Shown in pieces: positions 23,019 through 36,699 of a stretch of DNA of 64,000 bases. The notes beneath the pieces are model-generated. The model saw only the letters and a list, made by a program, of their open reading frames with translations, ran no database searches and had not been told where the DNA came from. Source of the stretch: Ptychomitrium polyphyllum. Taxonomy: Eukaryota. The translations under genes were made by a program, and so were the position numbers. Positions within the stretch are counted from its first letter, which is position 1. Each line of letters starts with the position of its first letter. The DNA lies in the NCBI GenBank assembly GCA_973851085.1, contig OZ316775.1, forward strand, positions 4,278,001 to 4,342,000, written 5' to 3'.

Positions 23019-26000
23019 GATCCCAGTTCTTCTCTGCAGAAACACCAATCAAGACACAATTAATCCTCGAGCAAACATTCCAACGAGAATCAACAGCAAG
23101 TAACGTTGTATTCATGTGAGTTCTGACCACGGAATCCAGTCTTGAATGCGATAACAACCTTCTCTTGAGCGTAGCGAGGTTGACTATGCACCAAGAACAA
23201 GTACACACCAGCTACTGAATCATCATAGACACGATCCTCGAACTCAAATAAACAGATCGTTCTACTGGACAGGATTCGATAGTAGCGGGATGAGTGAGAA
23301 ATAGTTGTAAGCTGAAGAAAGATTTGAAGGATGAGGGGGAAATTGATATCGATAATTGGTGGAGACGGCGACACATGCGAGGATCTTCTAAACCGAGTGG
23401 AGCATTTCGGGAATCCCCTCTGGAATGTGCGGATATGCTTGGGAATCTTCTAGTGATCCCCGTTTCTAACTGACGCGCTGACAGCCCAACTGAGAGGACT
23501 ACTGACTCTGTCCCAACAACCGAACTCTCTGTCAAGCAGGGCAGATCAGTTTCGTTTCAAAATAGCATATTTTGTAATTTTTTGTTGCTAATTCCTTACT
23601 TCCGAAATTTCCTACAACGTCCACCGAGACTCCTCACTACACGTTAAAGCTACAACTACGCTGCCGCCACAAGAACCTGCAGCCCAATAGTCTCGATACT
23701 ATTCTTCTCGAGACACTTTCGTCTTAAAAATAACGCGGACTCGAGGCTTGACCCACCTAAGAGCGGTAGATCCCCCCAGAATCTTGCAGATCCAGACAGT
23801 TTGACTCGACTTGAATCAGAAAAATTTCGTACACTTCAAAATGACGGTGCACGGACTCGGGTGTGGTGACTGCAGTACATGGATAAGCTCCCAGATTCAC
23901 AATATTTCAGCAACTAAACATCCTATACAACAGCTGCAAATCTGCTCGAAGACGACGAAGTTGAACTTTCCCCTCCATTCAACCCAACTCATGGATTGAA
24001 GTTACGCCTAGGTTCACACCCTGTCTGCTACTTTGAGACCTTAATCTCGTTCACGTTGGAACCGTTCTCACAAAGCTCTAGTCAGCATGGTTCGCGACAG
24101 ACACTGTCCAGTTTGTCAATGACGTCTGCGCCCGTTTACAGTGTTTTTCTGATAAATCAGATTTGTACTACTTTAATAACTATACGTCAACACAGAATAT
24201 TTCACAAGACTTCCAACTAAGGACCTCAGTCGCCTAATCTGGATCCAGTCAACACCCCAGCTACAGATACATTGGCAAAATACATCGAGTGCATGTCAGT
24301 GTCAGACAAGAGCATTCTAAAGAGCTGGAACTTGCGGTACAAAGCTCCATTGTGCTCTAGCTGTTCTAGAAAATCCATTAACCAAAGCCATACCTAAGTC
24401 AAGAAAAATGGCTGGAATGATCCAGTAAACGACTCTAACATCCACAAGCAGTCTGTGTTGATAAAAGATAAAGAGAGGCGATGAACCGACGGTGCTGGGA
24501 AAATGCGATGGTTGCTGCAGCAAGTAGCGAGATGTGGACTACTTAAGGGAGGCCAAGTCAGTGAATCTTCTGCGAGTACATACGTGGGAGATTGCCCGCG
24601 ATCCTGCAGGGAATTATCGGTATCTTCAAGTGGTCATGGCGCTTTTCGCTTCTTAAGTTACTTTCCACTTATCTATTTCTTGACTGCCTGCTGTCCTTTT
24701 AAGAAACAGCCTAGGAGTTGCTGCCTTCGTTTGCGCAGAGAACCCATGCATTTTCCCCATCGTAAAACTCTCGAACCCCAACTCGGCACCTGACATTCCG
24801 AAAAATGAGGGTCCACTTAGACATAGTGTCTTAAAGCAGTGTGTTAATCAACCCCCATTTTCGTAGGGAGTCCTGGCTGGCATTTCAGATGTTTGGTGAT
24901 ATCTTGCCAAGAAATAGCCCCAGCGATGCCGCTCTAGAATAAAACGGTTGCGAGGTACGGATCGAACAGTAGAAAATTTATCCACATGAAAACAGAAAAG
25001 CAATTGAACGAGAGTTTGTAGACTTTGTTGATGCTACAGAGATTGAGACTGAGAAAGGCATACTGAAGAGTTGAACATACTTTGATCCCAAATCTACCTG
25101 TTTATGCATGCTCGTGTTGAATTTAACAAAAGCAAAACGTGAAGACTGTAACGCTGAAGTTAAATAGTAAAAAAGGAATTCTAGGTCCCAGTTGAGTAAA
25201 TGCATGCTTTTTGAGGTCACAAGTCCACAGTAACCCCTGACTCCATTTTTTTATCATTTTTACATCCCTGCAGATACCATGTGCATCCATTAGTATACAA
25301 TCATTTGATGTCTCAAATAATAGGCTTGGAATCTTTGTCTTACCCTTTGAGGTAGTCGGAACGATGGGGTTTGGCTGCTGTGCCTTGACTGATGAAGTGT
25401 TTAATATAAACAATGCTGAAGCTCAAATCAAATGATGCTGAATCCAATTAACTTTAGATTTTCTCCACACGGGATAGTAGTATAACCCATTCTAATTCAT
25501 AGAGACAGTATTTTCCTATTTTCAAAGATGTGCTCACATGTAGACCGACATGGTCTAATCACCCGCCTGTGTACATTCTATATAGTTTCATCTTTAGCCA
25601 ATGTGGAACTGTTCAAATGTGGGCACTTAGAGTCTCAGTTACACCAGTAACATGCGCAACAGCTCTTAGCTCTGCAAAGTGAATGGGTATGCAGCCGGAG
25701 AAACATTCTGTGGAGGATGTCCAAGCGCAAATGATACAGACAAGCCGGATCTTCCCCTGTCTCTTATTCGTATCCATCAAACAACCATAGCTTAAGGCTT
25801 GTACAGAAGATGCAAGAAGAGCCTGAAAATGTAAGTCATCCAAGTCCAAATATGTCTCCTGTGGTATCTTAGCATCTCTTGTTCAAAAAGCAACAATGCC
25901 ATGTGAAACGTGTATCCAATTGAAGGGCATCCAGGTTTGACCGACAGTTAGTGAGTTCAACCATTACCAGAGGACCAGATGGCAGAAAGTAAGTGGTGGG

Positions 26001-26399
26001 GAATTCAGTGGATAAGCGCAGCTAAAATTGGGACCAGGTTGAGCCAAGCTGGACAATAATCGTGGCATCTATTGACCAAGAGCTGGAGGTTGAGTGTAGT
26101 GTGTTCGTTATGTTGAATGCTTCAGCAGAACGGTAGGCGCCTGGGTGGCAACGTAGGTGGCGCCAGTCTGCCACCTAGGATGCTCCCAGCTGCCAGGGTG
26201 TCTGCTAGCCTGAATTCTCCAGGCTGCCCAAATGCTCTGAACCGCGCCCTCCTCAATATTATGTGTAAAGAGGAAGAAAGAAGTGGTGTCCACAAAATCT
26301 ATCCATTTTTCGAGGTTTAGTGGGACCCACTCTGACAGTTAAAACCGCCTATTGATTGCTTAAATTGCCAAGGTTGAACGCCTTTGGTGATTTTGATAA

Positions 26400-28200
26400 A
26401 ATACAAATTTTTGCATAGTTTTTCTAAAATAGCATTTTGATACTTTGATGCCTTAAATGGATAGATTAAAAGATTGATCTACAATGAGAAAGGTATCATA
26501 TAGAATTAGGATTAAGATGTATTCATTTTTATTATTCTATAAAAAAGATGTATAAACAAATCTATTTTCTACTTGTTTATAACATTTCTTGGCATGCATA
26601 TTAAGTTATTTATAATCAAAATTTTGAATAAGTGAAGAAGTATTAAAATTTATTATAATGAAGATTTTGGAACTTATATCTATGAAAACTTTAATTTTTT
26701 ATTTTTAAAGATAAGGCGATATAATTTTTAAAATTTTTAATTTCTACAATATCAAGAATTACTTAATACCAAATAATATTATAGACTACAATTTTGTTAT
26801 AGTTAAGTTGGTCTTATTTTTATACCAAAATCCTTCCCTTTTTTTTCACATGGTTGATTATTTAAACTACTAAGGTTGACTTTTTAAGGAACTGCAAGTG
26901 CCAAATGTAGCATAAAACTTGTAAAAATAATACATACAAATTTTTTGAATTGAATAGATAAAAATAAAATAAAAACCTTTAATAACTCTTATTAAAAAGG
27001 TTGGCATGCAAAATTGATATTGTTCAAGTTCCTTTATTTCAATAGCATACAAGAAAGTACAAAAAGAAGGATTTAGATTATAGACAAATATGTATGAAAT
27101 TTGTTCATTCAAATGTTTAAAGCTATTATCCATTTAGATAGTAATTGGATATGAAAAAAAGAATATATAAACATAGTGTATATTAAGGAGCTACTTAAAA
27201 TTTGAATGGATTCAATATAAAATTTACTTCAAAAAGATAACAATGAATTCTTGTATTATTAAAATAATCTTTACATTCTTAAGCATTATGTCATCCTTAC
27301 TATATTTTTAAATTCAAATTTCATAGTTCTTGCAAAGCCTAAATATTTTTTTTAATTCTTAATTTTATTTATTCTATAATACACTATAAGCTCTTAAGCA
27401 TAAGGACTTAAAAAATATGTTGGTGTTGTTTGTTGAAATCCTATGTAGTTGCAATTTGAAATGTACATATCAACCATAATTTACCTACCAACACCCTTAT
27501 AATTCTTGAAATCCCTTATACAAGCAAATTTATATATTCACCTTCTTATATACTTTGGTTTCTGTTTGGCTAAAAAGAAAACATATATTAGTGCTCACCA
27601 ATTTTTTTAAATGCTTACAAAGCTATATACAATAGCTTTTGATAATTTAAATATATAAAAAGCACATTATATTTGATCATCAATTATTTAGTGACATTGT
27701 ATCTCTATAAACATGATTTTTTCATATCACAACAATATTGAATTTATATTGTCAAATAAGCTAACTTGATTTTGTATATATTGATTTTTATAAAACTCAT
27801 AGGCCATATAATTTTGATTTGTTAATTAATTCTACCAACATGAAAGTTGTTTAAATGGAAGACCTAATTATAAAAAATACGAAATTGATGAATTAAGTGA
27901 TGGACCAATTGATAACATCTAAAATTTGAAAAAAAATAAAGAAATATGTATTTTAATATATTTCTTCTTATAGGTACTAACATCTGTTATATTAATAGAG
28001 CCTAGAATATTGGTATTAAATTTGGTACTAAAAGATTTGTAGACCTACCTTATATTACAATTAAGAGTACTAAAATAGACATTCTAAGAATATCCATAGA
28101 ATATTTAAAAAATACCATATCCAAGCTGACAGATACGTAGGTGGTATTCCAAAGACTTTGTATGATCAGATATCATATTTATACTTACGTAATACTTATG
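26400..28200. mobile_element. Very AT-rich decayed repeat/transposon-like block
   Basis: Abrupt shift to extremely AT-rich, CpG-poor sequence with no credible ORF. Family not identifiable. Confidence 0.35.
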
Positions 28201-28760
28201 TAACATTCGTATGTAATATTCGGGTAGTGGTAAAGGATCATTTGACTGTCTGAAATCTAGAATTCTCACAGATACTGCAGTGTCCCTTTCTGCGTGTGCT
28301 TTTCATGAAGCTTCGCTTGACTCGCAGAAGCAGACGACCATGGATAACTCCAAACTGGTCGCACAGGATTTCGCTTTTCGGGTAATACCTGGATGGTACC
28401 TAGGGAATACTTGTGCGAGACTGATATTATATACGGGCGGGTATATTACAATCTGGACGAGATCACAAAGATCACCGATCTTGTCTACCTCTGTCGGTAT
28501 CATTGCATCCCACCAATCCAAAAACTCGTGCTTTCTTTACTGAAACGCACTCGTAGTTCTTCATCTGCTTTTCATTTCGCCATTCTCTTCTCTTGTAGCC
28601 GAAGTTGTTCTTTTTTATCTTCTATTCCTCTTGCACAGAATCTCACAACTCATTGTTTTGGCGAGAAGTTCTGCAATTGGGCACCACTTGGACTCTAGTT
28701 GTTGATGCAGTCCCGGGGTAAAGGTTTGAGTTTTGCAGCTCTGGAGGCAGTTTTTAAGCC

Positions 28761-31700
28761 ATGGCTGCGAGCCTCGTCGGGACTCCGAGTTCCGGCCTTG
28801 GATCTTCACGTATGGGGTCGGCACAGAAGGTGTTCAGATTAGCCTCTGGTGATGCAAGCAGGGTACAGTTCTCATCCCAGGTTGTGATGAGTCCTGCACA
28901 CGAGACGTTTGGGTTGCAGGTTGTGAGAAGGGTTAACCATGTGATACCACAATTTGCTCTCAGAAAGGTTAGGTTTTTAGTTGGAAATAGGCGTAGGAAT
29001 CTGAGAGGCTTAAGGAGGCGTGTGATGTGTGCGTTGGGATGTGTTGGTGGCGCGGTTGATGTCGATGTTGATGTTGCGTCTTCGAGCGGTAGAAGTGATG
29101 AAGGAGGACGTGGGTTGCATTTGGGGCGGCGGATGCTGATAGGGAGCGTGTTGACAGCAGTGGCGTTAAGCGATTCCTGTAGACCAGGATTGGCTCTCGG
29201 CGAAGGGGGTGGTGGTGATGGTGGGGATGACAAGGGAAAGCTGAAGAATGGGGATTTATTGCCAGTGGAGAGAGGGAAGGATGAGAATGCAGGGTCACGA
29301 TCTGGTGAGAAGTGGAAGATGTCCAGGATTTATGATGCGACGGTGCTGGGGGAGCCTGTGGCTGTGGGTGGCGACAGAAGCAGAGTGTGGCAGAAGCTGC
29401 TGCAGGCGCGGGTTGTTTATCTCGGCGAATCGGAGCGGATGCCAGATCCTGATGACAGGGGAACGATGATGAGCCTGATTGGTGCAACTTGTTTAGGGTT
29501 TGCATGCAAGCGTTTGCCCAATTGCGCTTGCTAGCATTCAACAGTAGATTCTTCATTTTTTTTTGTGGACTGATTAGGTCTTTTATGTGATCGTCAGTCT
29601 CTCAGTGAGGGAATGCATGATTGAAAGTCTGTGTTGTAATAGTTTGTAAGGTTTGTTGAAGTAGAATCAAGTTGTGGACGATAGGTTTTGGAGCTGGGGA
29701 TCTTGCGCAAGCTTCATGATGCATGTTTCGAGCAGCAACGTCCTGTGTCTTTGGCGCTCGACGCTTTTCCAGCAGCTTTTCAGGAATTACTGGATAAATA
29801 TATGAGCAAGAGGTTCGTCGTACACCCCCCCGGTACTGTCTCAAGAGAAGCTTCAAGCAATGCGTTTGCTTCTTCTTTATGACTTTGAATGACGGGTTAT
29901 TGCTGTTCTTACATATTGAATTCATTCGTTGTGAAGTTGTGATCGTTATGAACTTACGTGGAGGTTGCAGCAGTTGCATGAAATCTGAGTGATGCTTAGT
30001 AATAGCTCCTATGCGACAGTTTCAGTTGTATTTTCCTGTGATGAGAGAAATCTTATCTTTCTTTGTGGCAGATTATCTGACGATGAGCTGAAGTCTATGG
30101 TTGAATTTTGGCCCGAAGGGCTATGGCAAGAATACTTGCCAATATTGCAGTATTGTCGAACAAGTGGTGTTCGACTTATGGCTTGTGGAACTCCTCCAGA
30201 GGTGGCTGTCATTTCGTTTGCTTCAAAATGACCCTAATGTGGATATAACTTTCGCATTTCGATAGCAGAAACGGCGGTGATCTGTTCCAGTCTGGTTTGT
30301 TCGTTTTATGTGACTTGAATCTATTTTTGTATATTGAATCAGGTCTTGCGCACAATTCTAGCCGAAGGAATACAAGGTCTAAGTGAAGAAGATAGAAAGA
30401 AATACGTTCCACCGATTGGAGGAGGATTTGGAGCTATTTCTATTCCATTTATCGACCAGTTAGCTCTGTCTGAATTGACTCCAAGTGCAGCAGCAATTCC
30501 TTATGGTCCTGGCCCTTTTCAGTATTCTCAAGCCCGAATTGTTGCCGATCACGTGATGACTCAGGTGCACATACGATTCTTCATGTAAATGAGTCTTATG
30601 TAATCATACAAAATCTATTCATTCCTGCTTCAAGTAGGAATTTTAGGGTTCATACTGTCATATTTGCAAGGATGCCCTTTAGATGTGTTGTTTGCCGATT
30701 TCTCCTCTGTTTCTGTACAGGTTGTTGACAAGGGTATGGTGGACGGGGGTTCTTGCGGGCTGTTAATTGTTATCACCGGGGCATCTCATGTCTCCTATGG
30801 TTCGAGAGGTACAGGGCTGCCTGCTAGAGTACAAAAGAAGCTGTATAAGAAAACGCAAGCAGTAGTGCTGCTGAATCCTGAGCGACAGCGGATACGAAAG
30901 GAAGGCAATATCCCGGAGGGAGATTTCTTATGGTACTCTGCAGCCAGAGCATGCAATCGAAATTGCTTCGACCGAGCTGAGGTTGCTCGTGTAATGGATG
31001 CTGCTGGCATTCGTCGTGATGCGTTGCCCCAGGTTAGTGTGGTTGATACCTAGCAGAATATTGCATATTTGAGGTTACTGTGAACACTTGAAAAAGAAAA
31101 CACGCACTTGGTGGCACTATTACTTATAAGTAACTTATTGTTACTAATACTTTAAGAAGGTTGTTTGTCGATCTTCACGCTTTTTGTCATCGCAACAGGC
31201 TTTCTGTACATGGGTTAATGGTTGTATGGCATCTAGCTACTGTCTTCAACTCTATCCTTTGTGCATAATCCGATCAAGTAGTTTTTACCATATGTGGATG
31301 AGCAGGACATTCAAGTCGGACTCGAGCGAGGGCTGGTAGATCCAGAAGTTCTGAAGAGCTTCTTTGAATTGGATCAACACCCCGTTATTGCAGAATTGAC
31401 TCGCCGATTCCAGGTTACTACTTGCTGCCACAACCCATAACTAAATAAAAGTAAAGGAACCTCTGTAACTGCCTAATAATGTTCTTTGTTTTTCTATTCT
31501 TATTTATGAAGCCGTTGTATTGCCAGCTGAACTCTGTTCTATGCTTGCACTTTTTTTGTCTTTTTACATACACATTAGGCAATGTAGACTCTACATAAGC
31601 CCTACGGCATTATATTGCAATCTTACATTCTGGAAAACATCGTAATTTTTTCAATAGTAATGAGTGGGTGTTGGTTACAGGGTCTAAGGGAGAGATGGCT

Positions 31701-32993
31701 TGCAGACCCCAGATTCCTGCAGAGGCTTGCAATTGAGGAATCCATATCCATCACAACCACTGTACTGGCACAGTACCAACGCAGAGGGGACCGCTTTTGG
31801 AATGAGACTGAGTATGTGATTACAGACACTGTTCGTGGAGCGATTGTTGATTTTTTTACCGTCTGGCTACCCGCACCTACTCTCTCCTTCCGGTCGTTGG
31901 ATTCCCAGGTCAGTTATTATGGCCAGAATATCATTGACTTTTCACCAGCTAGAACTTTCTGTGTAGAGGTCTCAAAATTCATCACTTGAAAACTGCAGGC
32001 TTGTTTTGCTCGGTCTGGTTGGAATTATGTGCTTACTGGATACACTCAATCGTTGCAGGGCTCCGGAGGATTTTTTGAGGGGTTTGCAGGATTGCTTGGT
32101 GTTGTGCCGGATAATGCCTTTCAAAGAGCAAGAGTAGGAGAAAGTTATGACCTGAAGGCAAGGGGATTTGCAGTAATACTTGGTGGCTTAAAACTCTTTG
32201 GTGTTGGTTTTATTTCGAGTATTGGTACACTCTCTGTGTCCAACGGGGCCTGGGCCATCCGCAAAGCTATCAACCGTAATTTATCTCAGAAACCCTCGAC
32301 CAAGCGATCCCCAATGTTAAAGACAGCGTTTGTTTATGGAAGCTTTTTGGGTCTGTCCGCCAATCTGCGTTACCAGGTAAGTTGGTAGTTACACTTTTGT
32401 GGTCGTTTCGTCGGAATCATGTATATTTTAAGCAATATGTACCTTCTGCTGATTATATAGTTGTATTTCCAGCATCTAAGAGAACCCTGTGGATGGATAT
32501 AGGCAATTGCAGGAATTGTTGAGCACTGGATTGCAGACTACTTCTTGGCTTCCCAACCGCTAGCAGGAAATGTTCTATCGTTTGCTGCACGAATTGGAAA
32601 TTCATATTGGGGAACTGGGGTATGTTATTCAACCCTTTCTCAACCTTCATTTAGTGATCTAAGTTTGTGGTTATGTCCTCAGGATTTATTTGGAGCTCTT
32701 GTTTTTAAGTTATTAGTAAAATTTTCTCTCTTTTTGTAGATCTTTAGCGCTGTCATGTGATTACTGAGATCATTTAATCATATTGACTTGATTTTATACC
32801 TGTATGAATGCAGCAATGGGTGGATCTTGCTCGCCTTACTGGTCTTCAGTCCACGGAAGATGAGGACCCTTCCTCATCTCCAGTTCTTGGAGAACAGGAA
32901 GCAATGGTTGAGGATTCACTTGAGAATGAGAAAGCAGCCTGGCAACAACCTTCTTTACCACTGAAGGGTACAGATGGAGTTGACAAGAAATAG
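28761..32993 (+). CDS. RER5: RETICULATA-related 5/6-like plastid protein (DUF399-like + DUF3411). Exons 28761-29459, 29685-29812, 30072-30201, 30343-30564, 30721-31032, 31306-31413, 31681-31908, 32059-32376, 32503-32619, 32814-32993
   Basis: Transit-peptide-like N-terminus with RRMLIG motif, then [82 protein letters not shown] and [12 protein letters not shown]. Nine introns; the first has a non-canonical donor. Confidence 0.9.
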
Positions 32994-35900
32994 GAGTCAG
33001 AGCCACCATGAAGAGACCTGTTAGGGCATGTTTCCATGGAGCCATGGAATTCCAGACCAACGTGTGCAGCTATGACCAACCGGTCAATCCCCCTGCTTAG
33101 TCAGATGGATTCATGGAAATCAGAATGAGTCCTTAAAAAAAATTCGTATGCTGGGATGGTGAATATATTAGCAAAGCTATGTGGTTTCACATACTAACCG
33201 CTAAATTTTACCATTTGACCAACATACTGGAATTGTGTACCTTCTTCATTGTACCTTGAAACCCCCAACATGTTTTAGTCAAATCAGAATCTCTTCCCTC
33301 TGATAGTTTGTTGGTGCAGATAATCACTTCTGCGGCCCCAAGTGAGATCATTGGAAGTGGCGAATTCAGTTACTGAATAAGAATGTGGTGAGTTTGACTT
33401 TTCTGCTGCTGGAGTGACTGCTTGAGTTTATCATAGCTAACTGATCGGCAACTGTAGATTGATAGCAGAATGTATAGATACTTTATTACAGTTGTATTCG
33501 TAGGCATTGATTTAAACCGCAATGTACAATTTAGTGTCTCGCAATTCTACTCCATACAAATGGGAGCACGTGGAGTGTCACATTATTCGTTTAGGTGGTC
33601 TATTACTGACCAGCTTGATTTGTATTTTATTGAACAAAAGGCAATATATTCCGATAGTTGCTTTCACACTCTTTTGGGTTAATCCCTAGTACCCTTTTAT
33701 TAGTCATTTAAAAATCCATGGCAATCCTCTTTTGGTCCGAACTCTTAGATTTTACCATTACGTCAAAGCATTGAGATGTTTTTTATGTAATGGTTTTTAC
33801 ATTGAGGGATTTGGAACGGAATCTTTTTGAAGTGATGTATTGAGAATTGGAACTTGAAAGCCCTGTTCAAAGTATACTAGTATAGAGTATTTGTCATGTG
33901 GTCTTCTTGCAATTACAGTATGAAGTGGGTGATTGGAATCTATATTCTTTGTTGACGGTGTGCAGCATTAAACTTGGAATAAATGGTTTTGTTCAATCTG
34001 TGACTGGAGTTTGCTGTAGTGGCAGTTGGTAAGGACCTCTGCCTGCAAAATGTTGTGTGCATGTCAGTTCCAATTTGCAGTACAGATGAGAACAGTTAAA
34101 GTTGAGAGCACAGCAAGTGGTCCACAAAGTTGCACAAAGCAGCAATGATAAGTTGAAGTGAAAAAAGAGCACATGACAAAAGAGGACTGTAACAGTGCTG
34201 TGGTTGGCAAAATCACATCACTTTTGAGTAATAATAAGTTGCAAGAAGACCTGCTGCCTTGAGTGTGTTGCTTGCAAGGGAGGGTTGTCAACTTGGCATT
34301 ATATGGCGCTTATGTCAGATGTGGTCACCTGTTGAAGTTACATCAGTGCTACATGATAGTTGTCTGTGGCAGTCTGAATGCTGCTCATTTAGTCCTTTCA
34401 CCAAGATAATTATTTGAGGAACTTAACATAATGTGAACTTGCTGCAACATAACATTCTATAGGGAGCCTGCTACCGGAGTCGCATGGATAAGAGGCTGAG
34501 CCCCAAAACTCATAATTTTGATTGTTCATTACTTATTCATAAAATGTTCATATAATATGTTTTAAGAGCATTTGAAATCTGCTCTCTTGAGAACATGATT
34601 TGATCATAATAATAGTTTACTAGTAATAAGCATGATTAGTGCCTCAAAATCATGGTTAAGCTAGTTGCTGTGAGGGTGATCCACCTCACTGATTGCTAAA
34701 GAATGTTCAGAGCTTGGAGCCTGTAAGTTAATCTCTGCAACAGAATTTGCTGTTGGCTCCAAGAAGGCAACACTAAGTTATTGAGTACATTGCACTAGGT
34801 GTGTAAGTTACTGTGCAATAGTACTACTAAGGGGGATAATTTAGTATGAGCATGGAAATAAGCCACAAAGTTCAATTGTTGCTGTCTCACCTTGCAATTT
34901 GCTCCAAAGTTCTAAAAGTTGCCCTGTCTCAAATGATATAAAACTTTACTGTGACAATTAGTATATAAAACTTTGAGTTTTTCTGTAATTTACAGAAGCG
35001 TTTTATCAAATAGGCATAAAAATGGCGTTCATATCATATTACCTTAAGAGTGTCTGCACAAACCTTCCTGCACCATACCACAACATGCTTCCATGTACGA
35101 ATTCATTAGCCACTCCACTACATACATTTATTACTGTAAATAACATTGATTTCATTAATTTTATCACTACACTGTGTTTTTGTATCAAAATATTTTATTT
35201 TTATGTTATGATATTATGATCTTATAACAAATTTCAAGAATGTATCCTACAAAGTATTTTGAGAACTTCTATAAAAGTATTTTAATTCTTTAAGACACTC
35301 TTAAAGATGCTTATTTTTTTAATTTTAAATCAAAGATAGAAAGTGCCTTAAAAGTTTGTCTTAGTAAAGTATGTTGAAAGTGTTTAAAAAAAAATCTTAA
35401 TTATGGAAAATGACAGTGATGCCTGGAAATTGAAGCCATGGCTCCATTGATATGAAAGCGTCTCATTATAAATTTAGTTGTCTAAAATTCATTGAAGTCT
35501 AAATTTAGTATTCACCTTATTCAATTTTTTTTGCATTGTTATACATAATGCTATTTACTTTAGATTTTAATGCTATTTGATTGTTATATTATAACTTTTT
35601 TATCAAATATGCAATTTTATGAATAATACTTTGTTGAGGTATGACCTATACTTATGGAGCCATGAAAAAACGACAAAAAACCTTAGATAAACTTTAGAAT
35701 ACCCTTTTTAATAATTTATACTTCACATATTCAAATCCTCATAATGATACATGTCTTTATTTTAGTTTACTACCTAACTCAATGTTAATTCATTTCAACT
35801 TATAAAAAAATGATAAATGAATGTAATTCTATTCAATATTAAAATAGAATGATATGAATAATTAGAATCCAAATCAATACCAATTTTTTTGTTGAAATAA

Positions 35901-36699
35901 ATGAAAAGTAATAAAAATATGTTATAGTTTAAGTTACTGAAATTTTGTGAACCTTCAACCATTGCAACATGCACAAACTTCACAAGTTACTATGAGTGAA
36001 TTTTTCGATAATATTGTTGGTTCACTAATCAATTAAAAAACATTCATTCAAATTTTCATCCCAAAGCAAAACCTGTCAACCAAATAAAAGTTGTTGTCCA
36101 AACATGCATTCAGTTTGAATTTGTTGTTCAAAAGCTGTGCACTTAATTGGATATTCAACAATGCTGTTGTGCTTGCTACTTTTATTCAATGCTTATGTAG
36201 AGTAGGTTCAAAACTAGTATGTGCATCCATATTGTTTTGTGTAGTGTGGGGAATTAGGAATCACTGTGATTTACAGAAAGCAGGGATGTTGGTGTTGTTG
36301 CCTCCTACAAATGGCATTCTAAAACTTGCCTTAGATTACAACCACAGAGGTTTCTCCTTATCAACCTTCTGCCCTTCCTCAATCTAAACAAGGTTTCTTC
36401 TTGCCAGGTTTCCAGAAACATTGTCTGCTTACATTAAGTTCAACTTACTTAATCTGGATAAAGAAAACAAAACTCGGATTTGGTAAAGAATATTGTTGGG
36501 CACAGTGCTTGTTTGTATTGCACTGTACTGTAAGGCTATTGGCAACTAACCAGACACTGTTTCTAAGCGAGAGGACCATTTTGTAGATGCTGTACCGCAC
36601 CTGCAAGGAAATTTGACATAACCTTAAAGTATAATTATGGACCTCACAATAGAGGTATTTGAAAACTCGTTCCCCTTTCTTGACAAAGATTTACATGAA

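Noticed and set aside
24978..26320. Short ORFs and a GC-rich patch with inverted taggtggc motifs near 26140-26180
   Set aside because: No protein similarity I can recognise; the inverted match is too short to define an element.
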